This document shows, one piece after another, positions 28,596 through 37,853 of a DNA stretch of 64,000 nucleotides. The DNA is taken from positions 20,956,001-21,020,000 of the forward strand of contig OX597814.1 in NCBI GenBank assembly GCA_951406725.2, given 5' to 3'. The notes under the pieces are model-generated. The model was not told where the DNA came from, made no database searches, and saw only the letters and a list, made by a program, of their open reading frames with translations. The position numbers were made by a program, and so were the translations under genes. Every line of letters begins with the position of its first letter. Position 1 is the stretch's first letter. Origin of the DNA: Octopus vulgaris (Eukaryota).

Positions 28596-31500
28596 GGACG
28601 AGGAAGAAGAAGAAGAAGAAGAAGAAGAGAAGAAGAAAGAAGAAGAAGAAGAAGAAGAAGAAGAAGAAGAAGAAGAAGAAGAAGAAGAAGAAGAAAGAAG
28701 AAGAAGAAGAAGAAGAAGAGAAGAAGAAGAAGAAGAAGAAGAAGAAGAAGAAGAAGAAGAAGAAGAAGAGAAGAAGAGAAGAAGAAGAAGAAGAAGAAGA
28801 AGAAGAAGAAGAAGAAGAAGAAGAAGAAGAAGAAGAAGAAGAAGAAGAAGAAGAAGAAGAAGAAGAAGACGAAGAAGAGAAGAAGAAGAAGAAGAAGAAG
28901 AAGAAGAAGAAGAAGAAGAAGAAGAAGAAGAAGAAGAAGAAGAAGAAGAAGAAGAAGGAAGAAGAAGAAGGAGGAGGAGATGAAGAAGAAGAAGAAGAAG
29001 AAGAAGGAGAAGAAGAAGAAGAAGAAGAAGAAGAAGAAGAAGAAGAAGAAGAAGAAGAAGAAGAAGAAGAAGAAGAAGAAGAAGAAGAAGAAGAAGAAGA
29101 AGAAGAAGAAGAAGAAGAAGAAGAAGAAGAAGAAGAAGAAGAAGACGAAGAAGAAGAAGGAGGAGGAGATGAAGAAGAAGAAGAAGAAGAAGAAGAAGAA
29201 GAAGAAGAAGAAGAAGAAGAAGAAGAAGAAGACAACAACATCTATACATATAATTTCTTATTTGTTCATCCTATTTCTGTTTAGTCCTTTTAATTATATT
29301 TCATTTGGTACTAGTAATATTCTATACGGATTATTCCAGTCATTCAATCATTTGACAAGAATAAATAAATAACGGCAGGATTAGAAAGTGAAACAGAAAT
29401 GAAGAAATAGGAGAAATACTATACACTTATTCTAAATACTCACCTGGATCCAGTTGGAAAATACTTGTCCATTACCTCCATAAGTGACAAGTTCATGAGG
29501 AAACTGTGCAACTTCTGGATTCAGGTTGTTCATAATCATGTGCATAATGGCAGCAGCTTGGAGACATTTCGCAGGGTATTCTCTTATTGGGTATGCCCTT
29601 CATACAGAAGGCATGGGGGAGAAAAAAAAAATGACAAACTATAGTAGTTATATAATCTCTTTTTTAGATTTAATATGCATTCATTTATTCACTTATTCTT
29701 TTATTTGTTTCAGACTCTTTGCTTGACGGTCAGTCTGGAGCAGTGCATTCAAAAATTTTTTGTGATATTTTGATACTTATTTAATTGATGGCTATGACTG
29801 CGACAACATAAAAGAACATTACTCAGGCAGAAAAAATACTACAGTGTATTTTTGTTCAATGCACCAATGTATTGGTAATCCCTCACCAACATACATACAC
29901 ACAAACCCAGTGGTTAAGAGGCTTGTTTCCCAACCATGTAGTCTTGGGTTCAATCTCATTGCATGCCACCTTGGACAAGTGTCTTCTAGTATAGACCCGA
30001 GCTAACCAAAGCCTTGTGAGTGAATTTAGTAGATGGAAACTGAAAGAAGCTTGTTACACACAGTGAGAGCTGTGCAAGCCATGTACAGGGATGTTGTCAG
30101 TAAGATGAGGGTTGGCAACGAGTACAGTGAAGAATTCTGAGTAGGGGTGCCAGTGGAATGTTAAAAGCACATCCGAATGTGGGGTGTAACCGGCCTACTT
30201 ATGAGTACCCCTCATTCACTGGACAATGAACTTTGCTTGCAAAGATCTATTGAGGCAAGTGTATACAAATCAAAATTGCTGATGTGGCCAATGACAGTAC
30301 CACCTGATTGGCACTCATGCCAGTGGAATGTTAAAAGAAGCATATCATTGCCAGGGCCATGGATTGGCTCCTGTGCTGGTGACATGTGAAAAGCACCATT
30401 TGAGTGTGATCATTGCCAGCATCGCCTTACTGGCACATGTGCCAATGACACGTGAAAAAGAAACATTCGAGTGTGGTCATTGCCAGTGCTGCCGGATTTG
30501 CTCCCATGCAGGTAGCACACAAAATCATCTTTTGAGTGTGGTCATTGCCAGAACTGCCTGACTGGCCCTCATGCCGGTGGCATGTAAAAAGCACCTGCTA
30601 CACTCTTGGAGTGGTCGGTGTTAGGAAGGGCATGTCAGATGAGAACGAGCCTGGTGCAGCCTCTGGCTCACCAGTCCTCATCAAACGTCCAACCCATGCC
30701 AGCATGGAAAACGGCCGTTAAACAATGATGATGATGATTTTATAATTTATATAATTAATATAATTAATATAAATTTTATAATTATGATTTGTTTTTATTT
30801 AGTTTGTGACTAAAATCATGATCAATGCATTTTGCAATCAATTTTAAGTGGCTGAAATTAAGATGATTAACTAAACTATATTTACTTATCACTACCTTTC
30901 TGATATCAATATATATATGTGTGTTTATGGGCACATATATTTATTTTTAAATATATTTTAATAGCTTTTGTGTATTTTTTGTTAGTAATCCAGTATCCTA
31001 ATTACAATAATTGTTTCACATTAAAAATATAATAAAAGAAAAGAAATTAATAAAAGTAATGATTACTTCATATTCAAGATGGGACGAAAGCGGTACATAT
31101 AGATGTGGCCATAGTCTTGAAGTTCTGCTGCAAACTCTGGTGCTAAAACTTGGTGAAATTTTGGTGGAAAGTATCGTAAAGCATTCTGCAACGCTAGCTA
31201 GTAGAAATAATTATAATATATAAAATACATAATGTATATGCATAAGTTAAATTTTGAGGAAATTTCAAGGGTTAATTAAATATAGAAATGTTATTAAACA
31301 AAAACAGGTACAATCTAACAAAATATCAACATACTGAAATTTTATTTTTGAAGTATAATTTGGCAAGTTCAAGATTTATATTATGATTAATGAAGTTAAC
31401 TGATACAGCAGACATTTCTTCATTATGATGTCTTCATATTCTCATAGAAAAAAAAGCATCTTTTTACCCAAGAAGTTTTAAATGTAGTTAAGGAAGAACT

Positions 31501-32931
31501 AGTTTTAACAAGCGAATCCAGAAATTCAGTTTTTAGCACTGCAAAAATTCTAAAAATAACAATAATAATTCTTTCTAATTTTTGGTACAAGGACAACAAA
31601 CTTAGGCAGAGGAATATGTCAATTTCATCAACCCTTGCAAATGATTGCTGCTTATAATCAACCTCGCAAATTCTGCTGAGGCCAACTTTATCTTTTATCC
31701 TTTCAGGGTCAATAAAATAAGTATCAGTTGAACACTGGGGATAAAATAAGTACTAGTCAAACACTGAGGTTGGTGTAATTGACTTATCTCCACCTGCCAA
31801 GTTTCAGGCCTTATGCCAATATTTGAAATCAGTATTCTGTGGCCTTGCAGCCACACATATGGTGATGAACCTGCTGGATACTGGCATACAGATGATGACA
31901 GAGCTTACTTTGGCTGTGTAAACCTACCGCCTACTTTTGGCAAAAGTAGGTGGTAGGTTTGCAGCCCTTAACTCCCCAGAAGATGATATAAATCCCCTGA
32001 CTGAGAACATCAAGGCAGTACTTCAGGAGGTGGCTCTAAAAGTGTTAGGGCAAAGAAACTTGTATATTTTCAAATCTTTGCTGAAATACACTGCAATTTC
32101 AGATTTGGGCTGTATTCCCAGTTTAGTCTTCTACAATGAAACAACAGAAAACTAGAAGGAGATACACAAACACATACACAAATACTGTAAATCCACGAGT
32201 ATAATCTGCATTTTTTTCCCAAAATTTAAAGGTTAAAATCCCTAATGCATACTATATACGAGGTTAAAAATGAAAATTATTTTCTAAGCAATGTCCGAGT
32301 CTCTATTTGCTGTCCGGCAATGTTTATTCAGATGCATTTTGTGATGTCGGGTGCAAAAATACCTTAAATCATTCATAACTTGCAGTTAGCAACATTTATT
32401 AAACGTTATTACTGTTATTTCTTTATTTTCTGCAAACAAAATGCACAAAAAAGCTACACATTTGCATTGTGTTATATATTCAATAATAATAAAGGACGTT
32501 ACTGTATACATTTTTACAAACCATGGACGTTATATAGAACTCCTTGACTCAAGTTTGAGAAGGGGTGCGTATTATACACAAGGTTTAGGGTTTTCAGAGG
32601 TACAACTCCCTAAAAATCCTCTGCATATTATACTCAAGAACAGACTATACTTGAGGATTTACGGTATATTTGTATATTTATATATATAATTATTAGTGAC
32701 AGAAATAATATTAATACCAAAAAGGTAATCTTTGTACCCAACTTAACATGGATGTATGGTTAGAGCACTGAATACTACTAGCTGGATTCAATTTAGGCAT
32801 TTCTTTTGTTAGTGTTTATTAATTGGTAAATTTTTTTCAGATGTTCAGTTGCAATTTCACTAATTTTGGATAACCTTGATAATGTTGTATTAACATATAT
32901 TTTTGAGGATATTATTATTTAATTTTAATGG

Positions 32932-32981
<50 letters not shown>

Positions 32982-33749
32982 CCTTAAAATACTTTAAAAT
33001 GTTTTAGCCTGAAGGCCGTGGCCATGCTGGGGCACCTGGTGAAGTTATGAGTTCGATGGAGCTGCTTTTCTTTGTGGCCCCTACTGCAGTGTAGGCTCAT
33101 CAGATATCTTAGATAAAAAATCTGTCCAGATACTAACAAGTTATATTTTTACATAAAGTGAGAATCTTTATCTGTTTATTATATAAGAAATATACACATA
33201 TACACACACACACACATATGGCAAATGAAAGATGGAAGATGGAAGATACAAGAATTTATTATTAATCATGACATCTAGCATCAATTCCTCATGAGCGAGA
33301 CACTCAACAACTGCTTCAGGAGAAATCTGGTGGTGCAGATGTATCTTGTCAGGTGACAAATAAATACGACTCCTTAAAATAACTGTTCTGCACTGTAAGT
33401 TCCCCTTTTGTAGAAAAAAAGCAGCCAAATGGAAGAAATATCTTCATTTATATAGAAAATCAAAGATAAAATCACAGATGGCAAAAAGAAAATATATTAC
33501 AGCCATATCACATTGAATGCACTGGTTCTCGTCTGATCATTAAAGTTAAGCAATGTCAAGCCTAGTGAGTACTTAGATAGGTGTAAGCATCTCACGCTTT
33601 TTAAATGGTGGTGCCCCCACATCTTGTGAGCTGAAACTAGTTCAATTCAATTCAATATACATATGTTAATACAATTGAAACAAATTGGTCAGATTTATAA
33701 GGTGTGATCTAAAATAAAGATATAATTTTCATTGTATGTATTTTTTGTT

Positions 33750-33791
<42 letters not shown>

Positions 33792-33868
33792 TTCATATAT
33801 ATATATGTGCGTGTGTGTGAATGCATATATATATATATATATATATATGCATTCATATATATGTGTGT

Positions 33869-33932
<64 letters not shown>

Positions 33933-34923
33933 CTGCATATATATAAGAAACAGTTTTGATTTTAGCTGGATGAATGGCAGAATGAATTATTATTTCAATC
34001 AGGAAACCCAGGAACTATAATCGCAAGATTTATAGGTTTTTTATTTTAAGATTATATATATATATATCATCATCATCATCATCATCATTTAGCGTCCGTT
34101 TTCCATGCTAGCATGGGTTGGACGGTTCAACTGGGGTCTGGGGAGCCCGAAGGCTGCACCAGGCCAGTCAGATCTGGCAGTGTTTCTACAGCTGGATGCC
34201 CTTCCTAACGCCAACCACTCCGAGAGTGTAGTGGGTGATTTTATGTGCCACCGACACAGGTGCCAGACGAGGCTGGCGAACGGCCACGCTCGGATGGTGT
34301 TTTTATGTGCCACCGACACAGGTGCCAGACGAGGCTGGCAGACGGCCACGCTCGGATGGTGTTTTTATGTGCCACCGACACAGGTGCCAGATGAGGCTGG
34401 CGGACGGCCACGATCGGATGGTGTTTGTTACGTCCCCAAAGCACGGAGGCCAGTCTATGCGGTACTGGCTACGGCCACGTTCGGATGATTTTCTTGTGTG
34501 CCACCGGCACTGGTACCACAAAGATACAAATTCCATTGATGTTCATCTATTTTGATTTGTTTTGATTTGATTTGATTTTCACTTGCCTCAACAGGTCTTC
34601 ACAAGTGTCACAAGAAGGAAGGTATGCACAGGTGGACTGACTACGTCCCAGGTAGGGGCCACGGGTTATGGCCTGACTAGTCTTGCCGAGTCTTCGGATG
34701 GTGTTTTTATGTGCCACCGATACAGGTGCCAGATGAGGCTGGCGAACGGCCACGATCGGATGGTGTTTGTTGCGTGCCCACAGCACGGAGGCCAGTCGAT
34801 GCGGTACTGGCTACGGCCACGTTCGGATGGTTTTCTTGTGTGCCACCGGCACTGGTACCACAAGATACAAATTCCATTGATGTTCATCTATTTTGATTTG
34901 ATTTGATTTGAATATAAAAGAGA

Positions 34924-34996
<73 letters not shown>

Positions 34997-35054
34997 ATGT
35001 CTTAACCAAATACAAATTGGCTATAAGTTCTTAGTGAATTATATAAAAGACAAA

Positions 35055-35089
<35 letters not shown>

Positions 35090-35231
35090 ACTAATAACTG
35101 ACTTTCTTTTCTTCGTTAGATAGTTTGGCTGTTCGAACTGGAGCATGTGGAACAGATAAATCTCTGGGACGGTTTTCTGGAAGCAAATCTTGGGGAAGAC
35201 CCCCACATATCTCTTTCAGTGTAGTAGCCAT
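839..35231 (-). CDS. UROC1: Urocanate hydratase (urocanase), spliced gene: 16 coding exons visible, 3' end beyond window start
   Basis: Manual join of 35231-35103, 31197-31067, 29597-29444, 27698-27570, 25222-25161, 24228-24162, 22461-22405, 20145-20059, 16847-16696, 15438-15330, 13470-13400, 12317-12220, 9447-9339, 6821-6733, 3578-3508, 937-839 gives 1614 nt of open frame with GT-AG introns and matching phases. Urocanase motifs: ELVTYGGNG, GQMTAGSYCYIGPQGIVHGT, TSGLGGMSGAQ, SDQTSCHNP, WDYGNAF, GFGPFRW, VVGSQARI. Confidence 0.97.
1463..1744. repeat. ~280-bp imperfect palindrome
   Basis: Arms of ~138 bp centred near 1602 (aaataaactagcaaaaa-aatta-tttttgctagtttattt). Confidence 0.88.
3508..3578 (-). 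CDS. UROC1: UROC1 coding exon 15
   Basis: cag|SAVVREQYKDNIRWIKEAGQHKM|gtatgg. Confidence 0.93.
4437..4654. mobile_element. Mariner-type MITE
   Basis: TA flanks; TIR tgaggggatgttgaaaagttcctggc / gtcaggaactttgcaacacccactca. Confidence 0.7.
4812..5545 (-). mobile_element. CR1/L2-group LINE 3' fragment
   Basis: HWTKHIAKIAKKA...LYIAMVRPHLEFASLVWNPY...RLEAVQQHAMKRI...YSERL is typical of the CR1-like ORF2 C-terminus; ends in an (ATT)n tail. Confidence 0.85.
6733..6821 (-). CDS. UROC1: UROC1 coding exon 14
   Basis: aag|WVCTSGDKEDLEKTDMIAASILEKIASKT|gtaagt. Confidence 0.93.
7085..7935 (-). mobile_element. Tc1/mariner-superfamily (maT-like) transposase relic split by a SINE
   Basis: MIFGCVSS..VMLPHIF....YVKLLEIVVKLWLE, then QQD-like and NPxDYYVWGVVE segments in broken frames. 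Confidence 0.7.
7319..7549 (+). mobile_element. tRNA-derived SINE family A with 17-bp TSD; other copies ~1-190(+), 6237-6462(-), 14320-14710(-), 20600-20800(-), 57232-57412(+), 60590-60770(+)
   Basis: B-box-like GAGTTCAAATTCC; conserved core GCCTTTCATCCTTTCGGGGTCGATAAA..GTACCAG; TSD tataatcagagggatta at 7302-7318 and 7550-7566. Confidence 0.88.
7990..8560 (+). mobile_element. Penelope-like reverse transcriptase fragment
   Basis: LKLRPIIAG, VSFNVINLYTSI, NNHFMFDNTFY*QKSGIAMGTKAAPVIANLTMGYLE in broken frames. Confidence 0.75.
8670..9048 (+). mobile_element. tRNA-derived SINE family C; related fragments at ~305-517(-) and 28071-28148(+)
   Basis: A box TGGCCCAGTGG, B box GGTTTCGATTCCC, CpG-rich tRNA-like head without a complete cloverleaf. 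Confidence 0.8.
9339..9447 (-). CDS. UROC1: UROC1 coding exon 13
   Basis: aag|ADVGKCETMCGTKFRYPSYVQDIMGDIFSLGFGPF|gtattt. Confidence 0.94.
9924..10722 (+). mobile_element. Non-autonomous Helitron
   Basis: Inserted between A and T; 5' TCTCTCTATATATAAA; subterminal hairpin CCCGG-gcaacg-CCGGG at 10695-10710; 3' CTAG at 10719-10722; no TSD. Confidence 0.8.
10866..11592 (-). mobile_element. 5'-truncated RTE LINE 3' end
   Basis: Collinear with 41279-42030 (ORF end, repetitive 3' UTR, (GAT)n tail). Confidence 0.8.
12220..12317 (-). CDS. UROC1: UROC1 coding exon 12
   Basis: cag|LRHHVKALNKLSDQGMFFWDYGNAFLLEADHA|gtataa. Confidence 0.95.
13400..13470 (-). CDS. UROC1: UROC1 coding exon 11
   Basis: cag|ITFEESQILMHEDPEKFCQLVQE|gtaaaa; phase fits both neighbours. 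Confidence 0.9.
13597..13817. mobile_element. piggyBac-like MITE
   Basis: TTAA on both sides; termini cacttttgttac / gtaacgaaaggg. Confidence 0.7.
13868..14080. mobile_element. piggyBac-like MITE; inverted relative at ~12381-12588
   Basis: ttaa-ccctttagcattta ... aaatgctaaaga; 12381-12592 is a diverged reverse-complement copy ending taaaggg-ttaa. Confidence 0.65.
15033..15220. mobile_element. hAT-type MITE
   Basis: TIR cagggatcgccaaa / tttggggacccctg; 8-bp TSD atacagat / atatagat. Confidence 0.75.
15330..15438 (-). CDS. UROC1: UROC1 coding exon 10
   Basis: tag|DRLITEYENTGELLVDLGSDQTSCHNPFAGGYYPMQ|gtataa. Confidence 0.95.
15616..16050. mobile_element. MITE-like element with long imperfect inverted ends
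   Basis: agggcattctttcgtta..cacgtg..tttacatttgaagaagatcgtc is mirrored by gacgatcatcttcacaaatgtaaa..cacgtg..taacgaaagatcgcccct. Confidence 0.6.
16696..16847 (-). CDS. UROC1: UROC1 coding exon 9
   Basis: cag|VDKNALIKRYKQGWLLKIAANLDHCVELIRTGRKEKKPTSIGYHGNVVDL|gtaata; overlaps ORF 16692..16877. Confidence 0.95.
16930..17550 (-). mobile_element. R4/Dong-like retrotransposon 3' fragment
   Basis: KCRLC...IDHIVAGCPVLA..EYKTRRDRVG, ILWDYGIHTDREI...PDIVIKD, KYKDLEIEISRMWQ, ending QKIMLTSTAHILRKFL. Confidence 0.78.
17575..18120 (-). repeat. Dispersed ~550-bp repeat; reverse-complement copy at 61436-62000, partial copy at ~22650-22815
   Basis: Shared sequence visible along the length (gcatgccatcaaagtg..cagccactaagggacatgctcaact..ctggtactgca). 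Confidence 0.8.
18530..18909 (+). mobile_element. Tc1/mariner-type MITE, copy 1
   Basis: TA flanks; ~26-bp imperfect TIR cacttgcatcagaaattaattagcac / gtgctaattaatttctgacggtagtg. Confidence 0.88.
20059..20145 (-). CDS. UROC1: UROC1 coding exon 8 (glycine-rich NAD-binding motif)
   Basis: cag|VFVTSGLGGMSGAQAKAAVIAGCVGVVAE|gtaggt. Confidence 0.95.
20198..20514. repeat. Fold-back element, ~145-bp arms with short loop
   Basis: tatacttaaggatggccatattttgccaattaaa...ctatcacat is mirrored by atgggatag...tttaattggcaaaaatatgaccatctccaagtata. Confidence 0.88.
20950..21225 (+). mobile_element. R4-like fragment
   Basis: ETVVHSVAECPKL...YKKWRHDQVVKVLHWKL...KILWGFLIQMDK. Confidence 0.65.
22199..22388. mobile_element. 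pogo/Tigger-like MITE
   Basis: TA flanks; cagtaattcctcgactatcgc / gtgatattgtgagggattattg. Confidence 0.6.
22405..22461 (-). CDS. UROC1: UROC1 coding exon 7
   Basis: tag|LTLLNAARMYLKTDDLSGK|gtaaga. Confidence 0.93.
24162..24228 (-). CDS. UROC1: UROC1 coding exon 6
   Basis: aag|YGQMTAGSYCYIGPQGIVHGTT|gtaagt. Confidence 0.95.
25161..25222 (-). CDS. UROC1: UROC1 coding exon 5
   Basis: tag|MIPNYSSKEIYDKLFALGVT|gtgagt. Confidence 0.93.
27570..27698 (-). CDS. UROC1: UROC1 coding exon 4
   Basis: tag|FLLVMYYLSNMTEEQTLVMYSGHPMGLFPSNNSAPRMVITNGM|gtaaga. Confidence 0.95.
27969..28070 (+). repeat. (GAA)n microsatellite
   Basis: Directly visible. Confidence 0.97.
28420..29232 (+). repeat. ~810-bp interrupted (GAA)n tract
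   Basis: Directly visible; source of the poly-E/K/R/S/F/L pseudo-ORFs. Confidence 0.98.
29444..29597 (-). CDS. UROC1: UROC1 coding exon 3
   Basis: aag|AYPIREYPAKCLQAAAIMHMIMNNLNPEVAQFPHELVTYGGNGQVFSNWIQ|gtgagt. Confidence 0.95.
31067..31197 (-). CDS. UROC1: UROC1 coding exon 2
   Basis: tag|LALQNALRYFPPKFHQVLAPEFAAELQDYGHIYMYRFRPILNM|gtaatc. Confidence 0.95.
32185..32664. mobile_element. TA-flanked MITE (Tc1/pogo-like); similar smaller element at ~54725-54892
   Basis: ta-ctgtaaatccacgagtata / tatacttgaggatttacgg-ta. Confidence 0.7.
33495..33602 (+). pseudogene. 5S rRNA-derived pseudogene with internal 3' deletion
   Basis: ttacagccatatcacattgaatgcactggttctcgtctgatcattaaagttaagcaatgtcaagcctagtgagtacttagataggtg|taagc follows the eukaryotic 5S sequence; about 25 nt missing near the 3' end; followed by atctcacgc and TTTTT. 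Confidence 0.85.
33752..33931. repeat. Compound (TA)n/(TG)n microsatellite; others include (TA)n 1824-1874, (ATT)n 18121-18167, (GA)n 23020-23073, 24469-24541, 34928-34989, (TCTA)n 37676-37737, (AGT)n(AAT)n 61370-61435
   Basis: Directly visible. Confidence 0.95.
34066..34910 (-). mobile_element. Young RTE-tail element with internal 60-bp tandem repeats
   Basis: RTE-type 3' terminus CCAACCCATGCTAGCATGGAAAACGGACGCTAAATGATGAT; three ~60-bp units (ttttatgtgccaccgacacaggtgccaga...) plus a ~210-bp duplicated block; CpGs retained. Confidence 0.8.
35103..35231 (-). CDS. UROC1: UROC1 coding exon 1
   Basis: MATTLKEICGGLPQDLLPENRPRDLSVPHAPVRTAKLSNEEKK, then donor gtcagt; resembles the recalled vertebrate UROC1 N-terminus (GLP..LPENR...VPHAPVRT). 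Confidence 0.93.
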
Positions 35232-36059
35232 GTCTAAGATACCTGGAGATTAAGCAGAGACTACAGTATGAGCAAAACAAGGTATATTGGTAAATGTTCT
35301 TATCAAACTGTAGTTGACTAAATAAGCAAATTATAATTTTTGGTTAATTAGATGGAAATTATATTAATATAGGTTAAATGAACAATCTCATTTTCATGCT
35401 TTATCAGTTTAATTTTCTGTAACTAAACCAGTAGTTTGTGGAGCTGAATTCAAAAGTATCATGAACTTGGTGTTCTAAATACTTTGGATAACACATTTAA
35501 ATTGTCCTGTTAATTTTCTCTACTTTTAGATATAGTTACTTGTGTGATTCTCTTGTAGGCATGTCTATCCAAAAACCTTGTAGATTTTAACTAGGGCTTA
35601 TACAAACCTCTAACCCAGATCTTTAATCTATTCTCCTTCACTTCTTGAAAATATTCTTGACAATAAAATACTCTCATGCCACTGATATTTTGAAAAGTTC
35701 CAATAACTGTATTCTATAATGTTTGGCTTCCAAAAGAGCCATTTGTCTGTACATATAACTTTATGTAAAATAATTGGAAACCCTCTAAGCATGTACATGG
35801 AATCAGTGTTAATCTAGCAAGGAATTTTATACTGTTGACCATACACCCTTCATAATTAAATTCTATCATTATAACTTATGTGAACTTTTAAACCCATATA
35901 TAAATCTTATATATTTCCTTTTCAGAGTGTATTTTTGTCTGTTATTTTCTTAGTTAAAAAATCTGTGAATCTTAGTGTAACAGACACATGGCTCAATTTT
36001 TTGAGCTAGTTCTTTTTCTAGTTTATATTTATGACATATATCTTGCCATCAAATACATA

Positions 36060-37410
36060 GATTGGTGATGCCAAACAATGTCTATCCAATAAATAATTCA
36101 TATCAGTTGAACGTAATCATTGTAAAAAGATGTTGAGCTTCTAATTGAGATAGGAAAATTTGGACCTTGGAACACTCTGCATTCAGTAAAACAGTGGCCC
36201 ACAATGTGTTTTCAGTGCCAGTTCTCATACCAATATTTGGGCTGCTTGATTGGACGCTTGATGAGATCTGAGCTATTGATGTGAAAAGCTGGAAAATACT
36301 AACAAGCACACATTGTTTCCACATAAAGAGTGATATAAACTGCCTCTACCTAAAATGAAAACAAGGTGGTAGAGACTTAACATCGATCCAAAATGCCTTT
36401 AAATGTCGTATCATTTCCTTTCAGTTGCATCTTCTAACCACCAAGTGTTGAAGTGCATCCCTTGACCAAGTTTGCATACATGAGGCTGATAACATCATAA
36501 GACTTGGAAGGCAGCTCCTTAAGCAGCATTCCTTGTCTGATAACCTTAAATACATGCCCCAAGAAGTTGCATGACTTTACCACAACATATCATCAGATGA
36601 TATATATGAGCAGAAGATCATATATGAGCATATATGAGTAGAAGATCATGCATGGATATGTTAATAGAAAGCTCAGAGATGATAGTAACATTGATCACCA
36701 AAGCAGTCTATCATGAATCAACAACCAGATTACTACATCCCACGTTGAAGGGAATGCGTTTGCAATCCAAGAACAAGAAATATCAACCAAATACCTGATG
36801 TACAAAGATGCAGGACAAGCAGTAAAATGTGACAACTGATGCAGACTTTGTGGAGTTAACACCAAAGATATCTCAAGTTGTCCAAAAATGTCATCACTGT
36901 ATTATCTACCGATGAGACATGATGTTGTTGCTAGGACACTGTATAACGAGATCTGCCAAAAGGATAACCCAAGGACAAAGAAATAAGAACCCACAGTATG
37001 GTGGAAGCCACAAACACTCATAATAAGAAGGACTGCTGGTGGAATGTCTCAGTGAAAACTTCAATAAAATGTAAACACAATAGACCTGATATAATGATTT
37101 GGGATAGAGAAGAGAAACTTTATAGTTGTGGAAACCGGTGGATGCTAACATAAAGCTGAAGATCTGTGAAAAAGTGAATATCTACACTGAACTATTAAGA
37201 AATCTGCAGTTACTCTATCCAGATTACAAGTTCAGGTTTATACCTGTAATTATTAGGGCACTGGGATATGTAACACCATGTCTATATACCAATCTTAAGA
37301 AAATTGGCTTCTCAAAACCAGAAAGGAGAAAACCACTTCGAAGACTACAAATCCAATCCATCACTGGAACTGTAAAAATATGTAAAACTTTCCCACAACT
37401 ATATGCATGA
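36060..37410 (+). mobile_element. R4/Dong-like non-LTR retrotransposon 3' fragment (restriction-like endonuclease)
   Basis: KQGGRDL, FAIQEQEISTKY, CRLC..SSCP zinc knuckle, RHDVVAR, HNRPDIMIWD, FIPVIIRALG; many stops. Confidence 0.78.
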
Positions 37411-37590
37411 GAATACATATATAAAACATACACATCTGTACACATACATACATACATACATACATACATATCCAGTTGTTGATATTGAAATTCCAATGAA
37501 GGAGCCTTGGATCTAGGTTAGAAACCAGCTCCTTCTCTATTGACAAGAAATCTTGAAATAAAATTGAATAATGACTAACATACATACATG

Positions 37591-37632
<42 letters not shown>

Positions 37633-37675
37633 CTCATCATCATTGCCTAACATCTGCCTTCCATGCTGGCATCTA

Positions 37676-37742
<67 letters not shown>

Positions 37743-37791
37743 AACATATGTTTATATAAAATCATCATACATGTATGTATATATATGAAAC

Positions 37792-37836
<45 letters not shown>

Positions 37837-37853
37837 TCATATATACATATATA

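Noticed and set aside
28378-29372. Long ORFs (130-296 aa) of poly-S/F/L/K/E/R
   Set aside because: Translations of the (GAA)n tract, open in several frames on both strands; not genes.
33495-33590. Functional 5S rRNA gene
   Set aside because: Internal deletion and many substitutions; the other copy is 5'-truncated; neither is in a tandem array.
34089-34906. Cluster of overlapping ORFs with repeated peptides; superficially array-like
   Set aside because: Tandem repeats within a retroelement 3' UTR; units are contiguous with no unique spacers, and the context is eukaryotic with no cas genes, so not CRISPR.
839-35231. Bacterial hutU horizontal transfer
   Set aside because: Intron-rich gene with the eukaryote-type N-terminal extension; an ordinary animal UROC1.
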